From Paraspadella gotoi (lineage: Eukaryota; Animalia; Chaetognatha), in NCBI GenBank assembly GCA_051294375.1, contig CM119270.1, positions 19,066,576 through 19,130,575 on the forward strand: 64,000 bases of DNA, written 5' to 3'. A program made the translations under genes and the position numbers. The notes under the pieces are model-generated. The model did no database searches, was not told where the DNA came from, and worked only from the letters and a program-made list of their open reading frames with translations. Below are positions 1 through 13,062 of this stretch, piece by piece (position 1 is the stretch's first letter; each line of letters begins with the position of its first letter).

Positions 1-1867
1 ATGAGAAACAGAAACAAAGGAAGGAGCAAAGTTGTTTTGACAACGCGCCAATTAAGCTTAGCTTTTCTCGAGAGGCGATGTAATTTCCTTTATTTTTCTT
101 GTTGTTGTTCTTTGTTTTCATTGTAGTCCTTGTCATTGCATAGTGACGGATTTTTTAAAGGCAAATTACTTTTTTTAAACATTCATTGTAGTTTTTGGTT
201 TTGTTACATTTTAGATCCACTGGGTGACTAAATAATTTATTACCTCTACTATCTTTACAATTCTTTCTATATCTATTTTTAGAACGGCCTATTTTCGCGA
301 TCCCTTTGTACCTCCAGGCCCTACTTCTCGAAAGGCTTCCATCGACGCCCCTCGCCTTGCTCTACTTTAAATCCATTCTAAAAATATCTCCGCCCAGCGA
401 CGAAGCGATTAGATTCTGCGCGGGAGAAAAAGATTCCCTCGAATCCGGAATGAGATCATCGCGAGGGCGGAAGTGGGCGTGGCAACTGGGTCGAAACGAG
501 GGGATGTGATTGGGGAGAGATGATGGGGAAGAGATGATGGGGAAGAGATGATGGGAGAGAAGTCTGTGGAAGTGATATTAGGCTATTAAAGAGTTTGAAT
601 AGGAGAGGTAAATTATTATTCAGAAGCAATAGTGATAATCTAGATTTTTTTAACTGTCCAGGCTAAGTTATGCTCTGTAAGTAAGTGCCTTTACCAAAAA
701 TGGAACCGAAATTTAACAGCAACTCCCGATTAGGGAATCAAGGCTGGAGAAGCGAAATCTGTCGGAGAGAGGTTGAAATATTTGCGGACCGCAACTTTAA
801 ATTCGACCCGGCGAAGTAAGATGAGTCAGAATCTAAAAATAGCATCAACTGATATTGAGTTTGGAAACAGCGGTTCCGTCGCGATGACTCAAAACCCGGT
901 AACCATTCGAGTCGATACTTGGACCGGCGTCGACACATTTAAATACGAGGCTCATTGGTTCTTGCTTCATCAAACTCCACGTCCCTTCTCCATTTTTTAA
1001 GTTTCGGATCTCGATCTCATTTTCAAGTTCTTCCTCTCCACTCGCGCAATGTCTTTAAATAGCGCGCGTCGTGCACGCATTCTCGGCATGCGTCGTGCAC
1101 GTATTCTCTGGGTGCGAGCATGCAATCGCACGCAATCGCTCGCACGCGTTTCGCCCGCGAAACCCGATTATCCGATGGAACGTGACGAAGGCGCAGTTGG
1201 CGCGTGACCGAGAAGGAGGCGTCGGGACGCCGACTCTGTCTCTCTCTCCCTCTCTCTCTCTCTCCCTCTCTCACTCTCTCTCTCTCCCTCTCTCTCTCTC
1301 TCTCTCCCTCTCTCTCCCCATCCACTCTGTCTCCCTCAGGCGTCTCCTTTAATTTCCTCTTCAGTGGTCAAAGATCTTATCAACATTCTCTCGCCCACGT
1401 CGCGAGTTCCAGGGGGAAAAGGGAATCCGCCTCTCGATTGTCATGTCGGCCTCGATCTACGTGGTTAGCTTGCTTGCTTGCTTGCTTGCTTGCATGCGTG
1501 CTTGATCTTTTCTTTATTTCTTTCTATATTTATTTCTTTCATTCTGTCTTTGTATTCTCTCTTTCTTTTCTTTCTTTTTTTCCTCATTTCTTTGTTTTTC
1601 TTTAGCTTCCCTTCTTTTCTTTTTCGTCACGTCATTCCTTTCCTCCAATTACGTATCTTTTCTCTCTCCTTCCTGTATCTCTCCTCTAATTTACTTTCCT
1701 CTTTCGTCTCCTTTTCTTTCCTCCTTTCCTCCACATCTCCACTTTCTCCATCAATCTATTTACCTTCGCCGATTCCAGCCTCCGCCCCCCTTCCTTCGCC
1801 CCGTGGTCCAACTTGGGTCTCTTAATCATTTCCAATCAAACGGTCAACCTTTCCCGCCCCCTAGAAT

Positions 1868-1982
<115 letters not shown>

Positions 1983-4048
1983 GACGGTTTCAATCGATGA
2001 CTACCCTCTTTTTTTCCCTTTTTTGGTCATTTCGCTCGGCTGAGCTCCGCAGCCTTTTGTGTCACCCAACTGCATTTTCTTTCTTTTTTTCCTTCTTTTT
2101 TCTTTTCTTTTTCCTTTAAATGTAAAAGCTTAAAATATTCTTCATTCAACGGAAAGGAATTTCGTAACGAGGTCGACAGTTTTTGCTTTGAGTAGTCGCG
2201 TTACTAAAGTCTGTAATTCTGCGCTCTAACCCGCGAATCTCCTCGCCGCGTGGAAGAAATGGCACCGCAACCTCCCGCGCTGCAGCTGCCCGGCGTCGAA
2301 GCGATTGCGGCTCTGACGCGGCTGACGCGGCGAGGACGCGACGAGCGGGAACCGAAGGGAGAGAGACGTTGAGAAGAGAGAAAACCGACTGGGATTACTC
2401 ATCAGTCAGGTGGGGGCTGCCGCCGAAGCAGCCGACGCCGCTTTCGGAGCAGCTGCCAGAGAGAGCCGGTGGATGCAACGAAACAAGCACGACAGTAAAA
2501 ACGACGATGACGACGACGGCGATGATGGCGACGACGACGACGACGACGACGACGTCAACGATGACGACGACGAGGTCTGGATATAAAAAAAGCTTCTCTT
2601 TTTTTTTTCTTTTTTTTTTTTTTTTTATTGTTGCGGCGGATCGAATGCAAAAAGGAGAAGAGAAGGAGGGGAAGGGCAAAGAGAGAGAGGAAAGGAGGGA
2701 GAGAGGGAGGACACGAGAGAAGAAAAGTAGAGGAAAGGAGAAAAGAAAGGAAGGAAGGAAGGAAGGAAGGAAGGGAGGAAAGAAAATATAAAGCGGATTA
2801 AGGTTGGCGATCAAGGGAATATAAGGCAGAAAAAGAAAGGAGAACTAAATCAAAAAAGAAAAAAATGGGAAAAAAAATGGAAAAAACAAGGAAAAAAAGA
2901 AGAAAAAAAAGCTTATGAATAAAAGAAAAAAAAGAGAGGAGGTGAGAATGAAAATATCGAAGGGGAGAAAAGGAAAGGAAAGAAGGAAGGAAAATAAGGA
3001 AAAGTGAAAAGGAAAGGAGATAAGGAAGAAAAAATGAGAAAATAAATTTTTGACGAACAAGAAGATGAAATGAAGAGAAAAAGAATAAAAAGATTGACAA
3101 AGAAGAGAAATAGAAAAAGGAAGAAGAAGAAGAAAACCAAAATAAAAAATTAAAAGAAGAAGAAGACGAGAAATAAAAAAAATAAAAGGAAAAAGAAAAA
3201 GAAGACGAGAAAAAGAAAAAGAAAAAGAAGACGAGAAATAGAAAAAGAAAAAGTAAAAGAAGATGAGAAATAGAAAAAGAAAAAGAAGAAGAAGCCGAGA
3301 AATAGAAAAAGAAANNNNNNNNNNNNNNNNNNNNNNNNNNNNNNNNNNNNNNNNNNNNNNNNNNNNNNNNNNNNNNNNNNNNNNNNNNNNNNNNNNNNNN
3401 NNNNNNNNNNNNNNNNNNNNNNNNNNNNNNNNNNNNNNNNNNNNNNNNNNNNNNNNNNNNNNNNNNNNNNNNNNNNNNNNNNNNNNNNNNNNNNNNNNNN
3501 NNNNNNNNNNNNNNNNNNNNNNNNNNNNNNNNNNNNNNNNNNNNNNNNCGTCGTTCGTCGTCCTCGGTTTTTGTTGCAGAGGAAAAGGAGAAAACAAGAG
3601 GCAGAAGGAAGAGTTACGACTTTTGGTTTTGGGAAAAACAACCGACGGGTTTTGCCATTTCGTGCGGCTGCGAGGGTGAGGTGAGTGGAGGGTAAGGGCG
3701 GTGATGGTGGTTTAAAAGGTAGGGTTGGGTGATAGTTAAACATGTTGAAAATGACAGAAGGCGGTTTTGGGAAAGAGCTGAAAAAAGGAAGAGATTTTTT
3801 GAGTGGAGAAAAAATGAGAGAGTTTTAGTGGCTAAAATTGAGCTGGGGAACGCTTTTGGGTGGCTTTAGGTGAAGTGGGGAATCGAGGGAAGAGATTTGA
3901 AAAAAATGGTAATTTGGGAGACACGAAATGAGCAAAAGAAAATGCTTAAAGGTAGAAAATAGGAAGAAAAGAGAAGAGAAAGCAGATTGAGCGAGAGAGA
4001 GAGAGAGAAAGAGAGAGGAGAGAGAGAGAGAGAAGAGAGAAAGAGAGA

Positions 4049-4085
<37 letters not shown>

Positions 4086-4649
4086 AAAAGAGAAAAGGAG
4101 AGAAAAAAGCGGGAAATAATTTTAAAAAAAATGAGAATCAACCCTGGGATATTAAAGCGATAAAATTGGGAAGGAGAAATGTCGAAGAAAGAAGAAGGGA
4201 GAAAAAAAATGTTTTAAAAAAATATAAGAAGAAAATCTGGAGGGTAAACAGAATAATACAAAAATGAGGGGGGCTATTAAAAAGACGAGAAAGATTTTTT
4301 ATGGATAAGCAAACTTCGCTGGGCTGAGAAGAAAAAAATGGTAAAAGAGGAAGGGAGAGAAAAGAAAAAAAGAAAAGAAAAGAAAAGAAAAGAAAAGAAA
4401 AGAAAAGAAAAGAAAAGAAAAGAAAAGAAAAGAAAAGAAAAGAAAAAAAGAAAATGTAAGGAAAAATTGAAAAATACTAAAATGATGACATTAAATGAAA
4501 ATAAAAAAAGAGATTCGTGAGATTGTTGAGTTGAGTTCGACATCCATCTGCAATGCAATTGTTGGGCCTTGGGTGTTGATGGCGAAGGCGTGAGTGAATG
4601 GAGTAAATGAGGTGTGAAGATCAGTGAACTGTTTGAGGGTGAGCTTGAC

Positions 4650-4738
<89 letters not shown>

Positions 4739-5019
4739 TACTTTTGGTTCAAAAAACAATGTTTCGTGACTTTCTTTCATAATAGTTTCATTATTTAATA
4801 TTAATAAAGAGCTAATAAATTAAGTTGAGCTATTCGATGTCGGCCTTTAAATTTTCACACAAAATTTTATTACATTGTATTTTGGAAAAAGCTAGTTATA
4901 CACTTTGTTTTAATAGCCCAAACAGTTTTCTTTGGATAAACAGGACCTGAACCTAACTTTTAAGCTGAGTATTTACTCTACTTGTGTTTATTTGGACAAA
5001 AGTTATCCGCGAACTTTAT

Positions 5020-5757
5020 TTAATTACTATTAAACAAATTTGTAAAGTTAGCCACTATGTCGGCAAGCAAGTGGTCAGTCGCCGCCAGATTGCAATACAA
5101 CAGGCAAGAATAACAGGCGGCGCTGGCGAACAGAGCTTCGAGTATAAAACAGCAGATCATGTAGCAGACGGGCTGGCCGCCCATGCCGCAGCTTTGCAGG
5201 AATGACAGGCAGCCGCCCCCGATGGGCTGATAGGAGGCGAAGCATCCGCCGGCGATGGGGCCATCGCAGGTGAGGCCGAGACAGACCAAGAAGATCGGGA
5301 CGAAGATTGGACCCAAAAAGGAGCAGACGAGGGTGACGATTGGGCAAGTCTTGACGGGGTTACACTTTTTGGAATCGGGGTCGTCCGTCGGGGTGGCGTT
5401 AGCGATGAAGGCGGTGGTGGTGACGATTGGTGGTGAGGTGGTGACCGTATGGGTGGTCGATTCAATCACGGAGACGATCGTGACATCGATGGCCACGTCA
5501 CCTTTGCCTTTGAGACCTTTTGAAATGCCGAATGGCGTCGAGTCGTTCTCTGAGGCGCCGATTTTCGCGGCGTCGATTTTGGCGGCGCTAATCAAGAAGA
5601 CGAAAATAGATGCGACGAATTTCAGCGAGAATTCGGACTCTTAAAAAAAAAAGAGATGAAAATTGTATGACTTAGTTTGTTTTTGGCAATTAGTATTATT
5701 GTAACGGTTACCTGGTTCGCCTTGTCTTGCGTTATTCCTTATGATTTTTTGGGTCAT
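5020..5757 (-). CDS. Secreted/membrane Cys-rich protein with IFI6/IFI27 (ISG12)-like motif, paralogue 1; exons 5757-5712 and 5639-5020 (221 aa)
   Basis: Long GC-rich ORF. A 72-nt GT-AG intron joins MTQKIIRNNARQGEP in frame to ESEFSLKFVASIFVFLISAA (hydrophobic leader), then a Thr-rich stalk and a 14-Cys domain containing VPIFLVCLGLTCDGPIAGGCFASYQPIGGGCLSFLQSCGMGG. Clearly paralogous to 6479-7135. Confidence 0.8.
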
Positions 5758-6106
5758 TTTATTAAATTTACAAGTATTTTCTAGTAAATAATCAGCAAAA
5801 AAATATTTTTTTTTCACTCTCGCTCGGGTTAGAAAAAAATTGCGAAGAAATATTTATAAAAAAAAATTCTTAAAAAAAAATTCTTTCACAAATATAATTT
5901 ATTCCTCGACAGAAAATGACGAGACAAACCGGATTTTCTTTTTCGATTTTGAACTTGAAGTTTTGCCGAAATTTCTTTATACTTCAAGGCCGCAGAAGAT
6001 TGAGAAAGTTTTAATTGATTTTAAATTAACTGAAGTTTATAAATACATATTATAAAACTCTTAAAATTGATATTTGTATTTTAAAAGTGTGCCGCTAGAC
6101 ATTGTG

Positions 6107-6143
<37 letters not shown>

Positions 6144-6478
6144 AGATGAGAGGAGAGAGAACGAGAGAGAGAGAGACGAGAGAGAGCAGAGAGAGAGATG
6201 AGCACGGTCGAAAACAACCACGACGAATCCGTTTCGGTGCGCAATTGCTTTGCAACTTTATAACATTTGTGAGAGATAGTGATATTACACAATCTGAAAA
6301 ATAACAGGGTCTAACAAATATCCAAAACTTTGTTTTCTCGATCTAGTTATTTCATTTCATGAAATAAAAATGTATCAAATTATAAAAATAAAAGATTGTT
6401 TGAAACCATAACTCAACTCTAATTATTTTCTATCATCAATAATCGGTAATCATCGAGATTACAAAGTTCCAAAAAGAA

Positions 6479-7135
6479 TCATGTCGACGGCTGATCGCAA
6501 TACAACAGGCAACAATAACAGGCGGCGCAGGCGCACAGGCCTTCAAGAATAAAGCCGCATATCATGAAGCAGAGGGGATGACCGCCCATGCTGAAGCTCT
6601 GCAGAGCAGACAGGCAGCCGCCGCCGATGGCCTGATAGCCGGCGAAGCAGCCGCCCGCGATTGGTCCGCAACAGGTGAGACCGAGACAGAGCAGGACCAA
6701 TGGGATGGCGATGGGACCCAAAAAGGCGCAAACGAGGGTCACAAGGGGGCAGGTCTTGACAGGATCGCACTTTTTGGGATGGGTACCGTTGGTAGCAGCT
6801 GGGGTAGTGGCGGCGGTGCTGGGGTCTATAGCGGGAGTGGAGTCTTCGGTGTTTGGGGTGGAAAAATCTAAGGATGTTTTCACTCTAGAGGTAGATGTGA
6901 AGTTAATCCCAGTAGAGGCGTTCATGACATCGGAATCTCTCGTCATGAGGGATATTATTCTCGAGTGTGAGGTCCCGTTTTTAGAAGCGGTGATTTTTTC
7001 GGCCCTCATTTCAGCGGTGCCAATTCCCACGCCGCTAATTTTGGCGTCGCCCATTTTGGCGCCGTCGATATTGGCGGCGTTGCTGCACGTAGCGCCACCC
7101 AGGATGACCGCGAAAAACGAAAAGGGCAAATGCAT
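6479..7135 (-). CDS. Secreted/membrane Cys-rich protein with IFI6/IFI27 (ISG12)-like motif, paralogue 2 (218 aa)
   Basis: Intact ORF with signal-like MHLPFSFFAVILGGATCSNAA, S/T/P stalk and a 16-Cys domain containing AIPLVLLCLGLTCCGPIAGGCFAGYQAIGGGCLSALQSFSMGG; a splice acceptor (TTTTCCCCAG) lies just upstream of the ATG. Confidence 0.85.
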   Translation of the reverse strand: MHLPFSFFAVILGGATCSNAANIDGAKMGDAKISGVGIGTAEMRAEKITASKNGTSHSRIISLMTRDSDVMNASTGINFTSTSRVKTSLDFSTPNTEDSTPAIDPSTAATTPAATNGTHPKKCDPVKTCPLVTLVCAFLGPIAIPLVLLCLGLTCCGPIAGGCFAGYQAIGGGCLSALQSFSMGGHPLCFMICGFILEGLCACAACYCCLLYCDQPST

Positions 7136-8294
7136 TTTGATTCCTGGGGAAAAACATGTTTCATGTTTAAAACTTAAATAAAAAATACTAATTTGTCAAT
7201 ATGATTCTAGTTTCATTTTAAGTTTATAAATAAATGTACTTCGGCCACGTTTTCCGTCTTTGTTATCAATTTTTAAAGACATTTGTAATATTAAAGTTAA
7301 GCGAAAGTATTTTCGTCTTAAATTTTTATCGATCGTAAAATTTAAAATAAATCGAAGTTAAAATTCAAAATTGAATATATACCAAGTTCTTTTTTTCTTT
7401 TTTTTTTTTGCCACAGCAAGCAACTGAAGGAACGAATCAAATTTCTGATAAATCAAAATTTCGTCATTTCGCAGAATTTGTTAGTTTCTTTCGAAATCCG
7501 GTTTTTTTTTAATTTAACCAAATCTCGTGTTTACGATTTTCCGAGGGAGAAAGATATCTTGCCTCGTCTCTCTCTTTCTTTAGTCAATTTTCGGTCCATT
7601 TTTTTGCCATTATTTTAACTTTGCTTTTAACCTCGATATCCGAGTGAGTTTGGCCCTTCTTTGAACTTTGCTTTTAACTTCGATATCAAAGTGAGTTAAA
7701 TGGATTTAAAATTGAAAACTCACAAAATGTGTTTCACNNNNNNNNNNNNNNNNNNNNNNNNNCCGGAGGAAAGCTCGTCTTTACGAGTTTCCGAGGGATA
7801 TTCAACGAATAAATACTATACATTCTATAAATAAAAGTTTTCTTTTGCGACTCATGTTAGACAGTTCGATACGGGTGTGAAACTCAAGACGTTCATCCGC
7901 GCTAGCGTGAGAAAAAGTCATCAAATCTCACATTGTTTGTAGAAAAAGGATCTCGGGAATGTTTCGTTGAATTAAGAATCGTTTTAAGATTTGACATTTT
8001 TATTGTTAACTCTAGCGATGATTGCATCAGATTGCTGATTTTTGCAATTTTCAAACCCTGATGAGAATAAAACCTTGAAAACTGTGTAAGGACATTATTA
8101 TTTTCGGGAACATTACATTAGCAATATACAACATACATGAAATTATAATATCATCTCGGAGAATTGATTATCAAGTATCTTGCCCCTATTGGCTTCTCCG
8201 TCTCTTCTTCTGATTCCCTTGCAATGTGTTAGTGAAACTTGTAACTCCAGCTATTAACTCAAATTCAGTTAAGCTCCGATTTCACTTAGTCACT

Positions 8295-8801
8295 TCAGTT
8301 CGTCTTTTCGCCGCAAATCAAGAGGCAAAAGTAGCAGCGGCTGCAGCAAACGCCGCCTCCAGCACAACGCAGACGACCAAGTAGCAAACCGGATGTCCGC
8401 CCATGCCGCAACTCCGCACATCCTTGCAGCAAGAGGATTTATCGGGGCTTTTCCTCCATCGACTTTGTAGCCGGCGGGCCTTGCGCGCCGCCTCGAGGTT
8501 TCTTGCCGGTGTTGCCGCCGGTGCTGCCGGTGTAGCCGAAGTAGTAGAGGCAGCATGGGATCATGATGACCGCCGAAGAAGGCTGAGAGCAGAAGTTCGC
8601 GATCGGACAAGACTGAGCGTCGAACGCAAGTGGGCCCGTGGTGGACGGGGTAGGCTGTCCGCTGGTGGAGGCGGAGTTGGGGGTTGAGGCGGTGGAAAAT
8701 GCGGCCGCGCGTGTGGAGAGACGGCGTCGGCTGCTACGGCTCCTGCGGCGATGCAGCGCCCAAGATGAAGATCAAGAAGTTGGTCGTCGTCTCGTCTATC
8801 T
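8295..8801 (-). pseudogene. Third, frameshifted paralogue of the ISG12-like Cys-rich family
   Basis: Switching frames gives TNFLIFILGAA (leader), FSTASTPNSASTSGQPTPSTT (stalk), SCPIAN, MIPCCLYYFGYTG, AGYK, SCGMGGHPVCYLVVCVVLEAAFAAA and CYFCLLICGEKTN*, collinear with paralogues 1 and 2; at least four frame changes are needed. Confidence 0.75.
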
Positions 8802-9336
8802 CTAAACCGCTTTCGAATTTTTTTTCGCGTGGAATAGGAAATTAATTTTTTACACTTATCTTATTTGAATTGGATATAGTTATTAATATTTTTTTTTTTA
8901 ATTCAAAGCAGCAGCAAACTTACTAGTCGTTAAGGGAATATTTAACGAAACGTAAAATCTCAGAATAAAGGCGAGAGAGCTGTATTAAAAAATCTGATTC
9001 GTTATCTTTCAGACTCAGTTTGATTTTCTGAAAAGATCTCTCTCTTATTTTCTTGAAAAAGATAAAGAACAAAGATATCAAATTCTGAGGTCGTTTTGAC
9101 TCTTGAGAAGTTAACAACGAAAACAAATTTGTTATCAAGGTGATTTATTTTTTAGCGATTGCAGTCGGTAGCATTCTATGATAACTATTTTGATAGTTCG
9201 GCAGAAACCCCGTGTTGCTCCCTCTATTTCCAGAAGGTAATAATACTAACCTAATTTTCAAATGACATTATCGGGTAAATATTTTATTGTTTTAAAAAAT
9301 AGAAATAACCTGAATAAAACCTAAAAACTGTAGCAT

Positions 9337-9560
9337 TGTGGCGGTATATTCACACCGCCTCACGTCCATCATTGTTCAATGTTCAGCCAATCCCACTGGA
9401 TCAGAGTGGGAACACACCATCCCAGGCGTTGGCAAAGCGAGACCGTCCTAGGGTAACCGCGCCAGTCATTGGAGGCGTCACTGAGGTTCGGAAGCCCCCA
9501 AAGCCAATAATGAGATGCCCCGTCTCAATGGGCATCACAGGTAACCCGGCTGTTGCTATA
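9337..9560 (+). mobile_element. Short non-autonomous element (solo-LTR-like or Ginger-like), copy 1
   Basis: Starts TGTGGCGGTATATTCACACCGCC, ends CCCGGCTGTTGCTATA; 4-bp TSD GCAT on both sides; homologous to 17149-17310 and 20505-20739. Confidence 0.85.
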
Positions 9561-10139
9561 GCATTATTATTTTTGAAAAACAATATCTCTCTCTTGTACT
9601 TTTCCTCAACGTCCCATAAAATTCTTTTAAACATTAAACGTCGTCGTATTTCTAAGCGAGGAAAAAAAAATCATTAAAAACTCGAAGCATAAATTTTTCT
9701 CTCCTTTTATCGTCGCTTCTCTTTATATCAGGCGGAGCCGGCCTGATTTCTTGAGCCCGCGCCCGTCGGTTGCTTCCAGTCTTAATTATTTTTTTCCTTT
9801 CCTTTCCTTTCCTTTCCTTTCCTTTCCTTTCCTTTCCTTTCCTTTCCTTTCCTTTCCTTTCCTTTCCTTTCCTTTCCTTTCCTTTCCTCTATTCCATTTT
9901 CCTCAAGAATCTCCCGACAATCAACGTCTCATTTGTTTCAAACTTCATCTCAGCTTCACTCAAAGAAAGAATTTCTCATTTATTATTTCCTAACGACATC
10001 TCACATCTCACATCTCACGTATTACATGTCAAGCGTCACACCTCGCTTCCGTGTTCACACAATTTCCATCTCTTCAAGCCCCCAGCATCTCGCCCCCCTC
10101 CTCTCTTCGTGCATGCTTGTCCTCGCGGCGTTTTCAATC

Positions 10140-10202
<63 letters not shown>

Positions 10203-10429
10203 CTCTCTCTCTCTCTCTTCTCTCTCTTCCTGGACATTACTGCTTTTTTTTCACGCAAAGTGATTTTAATGAGTTTGGACGAACGTTTTTTTTCTCTGCG
10301 GCCAGTGCGGGGGGGGAGGGAGGAGGGGAGTGGAGTGGAGTAGGAGGTAGTGAAGGTTTACATGAAGGTGGTTTTTGGATTATTGGTGGCGGCAGGTGGT
10401 CATATGGAGCAAGTAGGTCGTTTGAGGCG

Positions 10430-11878
10430 ACAAAGACGACAAAGACGACGAAGACGCAATGACTATAGAGAAATTAAGAAATGAAAAAAACATTAAAAGA
10501 CAAAGACGACAAAGAGATACGACGACGACGACGACGACACATCTTTCGCTTCTCCAAAAGAGAAAACAGAAAACAGCTGCGGTCAGCAAGTGTGAGGACG
10601 ATTAAAGTGAATGCGACATTGACTTTAACGACGACGACGATAACGACGATATAGGACGACGACGACCGTTTGTCCCTAGATAAAGTCAGGTCGGTCGTCT
10701 TTCTGCTAATAATGGCTTCGTCGTCGCTCGCGTGTTGCGCATTCACGACACGTAAATTTTTTTTTTTAGTTGATGGAAAAAGATCGCATGTTATTCCAGT
10801 CGATGGTTTAAAATAAGAATAATTATTTCTAACTCTATTATACAAAAATATTTTGTGTTTTTATCGAGAATAATTTTGGTTGAATTGATGACGAAAGACG
10901 TTTTGATGTTTACGACAACCGAGGCAACAAAGAACAACAACAACACCACACAACAGGAACGACGTCTAATATAAGAACATAACGACGGCGCGACGACGAC
11001 GACGACGACGACGACGGACGACCAAAACCCTTTTTTTTTCGCGCCATTTCTCCGGCGTCATTTCCAGCGGCGCTCCCCCTTTTATATTCTCTTTGACTCG
11101 CGGCGCTGCGACGAAGACGATTCCATTCGACGCCGGGGAGTGATGAGCATCGCCGTTGGACCTGCGGACGCCGGCTGGATGCCGTCGCGTCCGACGCCGT
11201 CCGACGCCGCTTTTTTCGACTAAATCGGGCGAGAGACTGAAATATTTATTCTTAACTGCGAAGAGACGAAGGATAATTCGTGGAAGGAAAGAGAGAATCG
11301 GGGAATGAAGAGGATTTTAAAATTTCGCAATATAAACACAATTCGGTTTTAACGAGAACCGATTTAATGAGAAAATAACAAATATTTAGCCATTTAAAAA
11401 AAAGTTAAACTAATATTGAAGAGTTGTTTTTTTTTTGCTTAGAAAAGCAGAACTTTGTTTCTTTTCCGAGCTTGAATCAAACCGATCTCTTGTTTTTATT
11501 CGATTTACGTCTTATTTCCTTTCTTGCTTTATTTCTTGCTTTATTTTTTTCTCGCTTTTTCTTTCTTTCCATCCAAAACAGCTAGACCCGGAAGCGCATC
11601 CTTCCATCTCGTCTCAGAAAAAAAACAAGACGCGGGAAAAATTCGTAATCACGCGTGACGACAAAACCACACACACGTGACGTTGTCGGAGAAAGCGCGA
11701 AAGCGTCCGTCAGCAAGAGAGATATCGTTGGACCATAGGAGGAGGAGGATGAGGAGGAGGGGAGGAGGAAGAGGAGGTGAATAACGAGGGTGAGACTCAA
11801 ATGAGATAAGAAAGAAGTCGAATGAGATGATGGTCTCACAGCGTTTAGATCCCGTGACTCGAATGAAAGGAGAGAGAG

Positions 11879-11948
<70 letters not shown>

Positions 11949-11971
11949 TTTTCTCTCCTTGATGGTTTTTC

Positions 11972-12056
<85 letters not shown>

Positions 12057-12394
12057 CGAGAGACGACGCTTTGCATACACAAGATTCCCTTTTTCCTACG
12101 AGACAGAGTCGGTGACTAATCTCGCGCAACAGTTGGTGCTCGTAGTTTTCCACCGGTACCGGCGGGGCGGCGACGGCGGCGGCGGCGGCGTAGGTGAGCC
12201 AGAGGAAGGACGAATGTCATAAAAGGCGAAATTAATATTCCTTTTTTCCTCCCGAGGAAAGAGAAATAAAAGAAAGATAAGGAAAAATATAAAAGGAAAA
12301 AAAGGAAAAATGAGAAAAATAAGATTAAAAAGAAAATCAGACATTAATAAATCTTTCTCTTTCTCTGTTGGACAATTGATGGCTGACTGGCGGA
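10430..12394 (+). repeat. ~2 kb segmental duplication, copy 1
   Basis: Near-identical and collinear with 13436-15393; differs by small indels and microsatellite lengths. Confidence 0.9.
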
Positions 12395-12399
12395 GAGAA

Positions 12400-12570
12400 G
12401 ATAGTAAAGTCTGTCTATTGCGAAAATGCCAAGAAGAGTCATACATCCTTTCTGATGACGTTCATCACTTCCGGCCACACCCACTACTTTCGGGTATGAC
12501 ATGACGTCATCGGAAAGGAATGTACATCCGCATTCTGGCATTTTTTTTGCAATAGAAAGTATTTTTATCC
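12400..12570. repeat. Imperfect foldback (palindromic MITE-like element)
   Basis: TCTATTGCGAAAATGCCAAGAA...TACATCCTTTCTGATGACGTTCAT pairs with ATGACGTCATCGGAAAGGAATGTA...TTCTGGCATTTTTTTTGCAATAGA around a ~35-nt loop. Confidence 0.6.
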
Positions 12571-13062
12571 TAACAATTTTCTTTTTATTTAAAAACATTT
12601 TTACTTTTTGGTAATAACATTACGTCAACATGTCTGGGTTGCACCAACCTTTTCCCTGGTATGACGTCATCACACACCTATCGACTCTTTAGCCACGCCT
12701 GAGTGACTTGCCTTTATGACGGCAGTAATAGGTCTCATGTATGAATGACGTCATCTTGAAAGAGGCACAACAATTATTAATGTGATCAGCAAGTATAGTA
12801 TAGTATAGACTCAGACATTTCAACTCTATAAGTACTCGAATAATACAACTAGTGCATTGTCTATACAATTTTATGAATCATAACTGACAACCCTTATAAG
12901 TCACATATAACAACTCTATCAAGTCATCAATTTAATTCCTATAGCTGATGCAATTTACTATTAAATAATCACAATCATATTTCAAAATAAAAAACGGAAT
13001 GATTTTTCATGAATTTTTCTTTCTTTATTAATAAAAAACAAACAATCTTTAATTTCTAAAAT

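Noticed and set aside
2192-2600. GC-rich open stretch (...WDYSSVRWGLPPKQPTPLSEQ...) ending in (ACG)n
   Set aside because: No recognisable homology, start codon or consistent splice sites.
5075-7181. Alternative-frame and antisense ORFs over the ISG12-like genes
   Set aside because: Shadows of GC-rich coding sequence; only the Cys-rich frame is conserved between paralogues.
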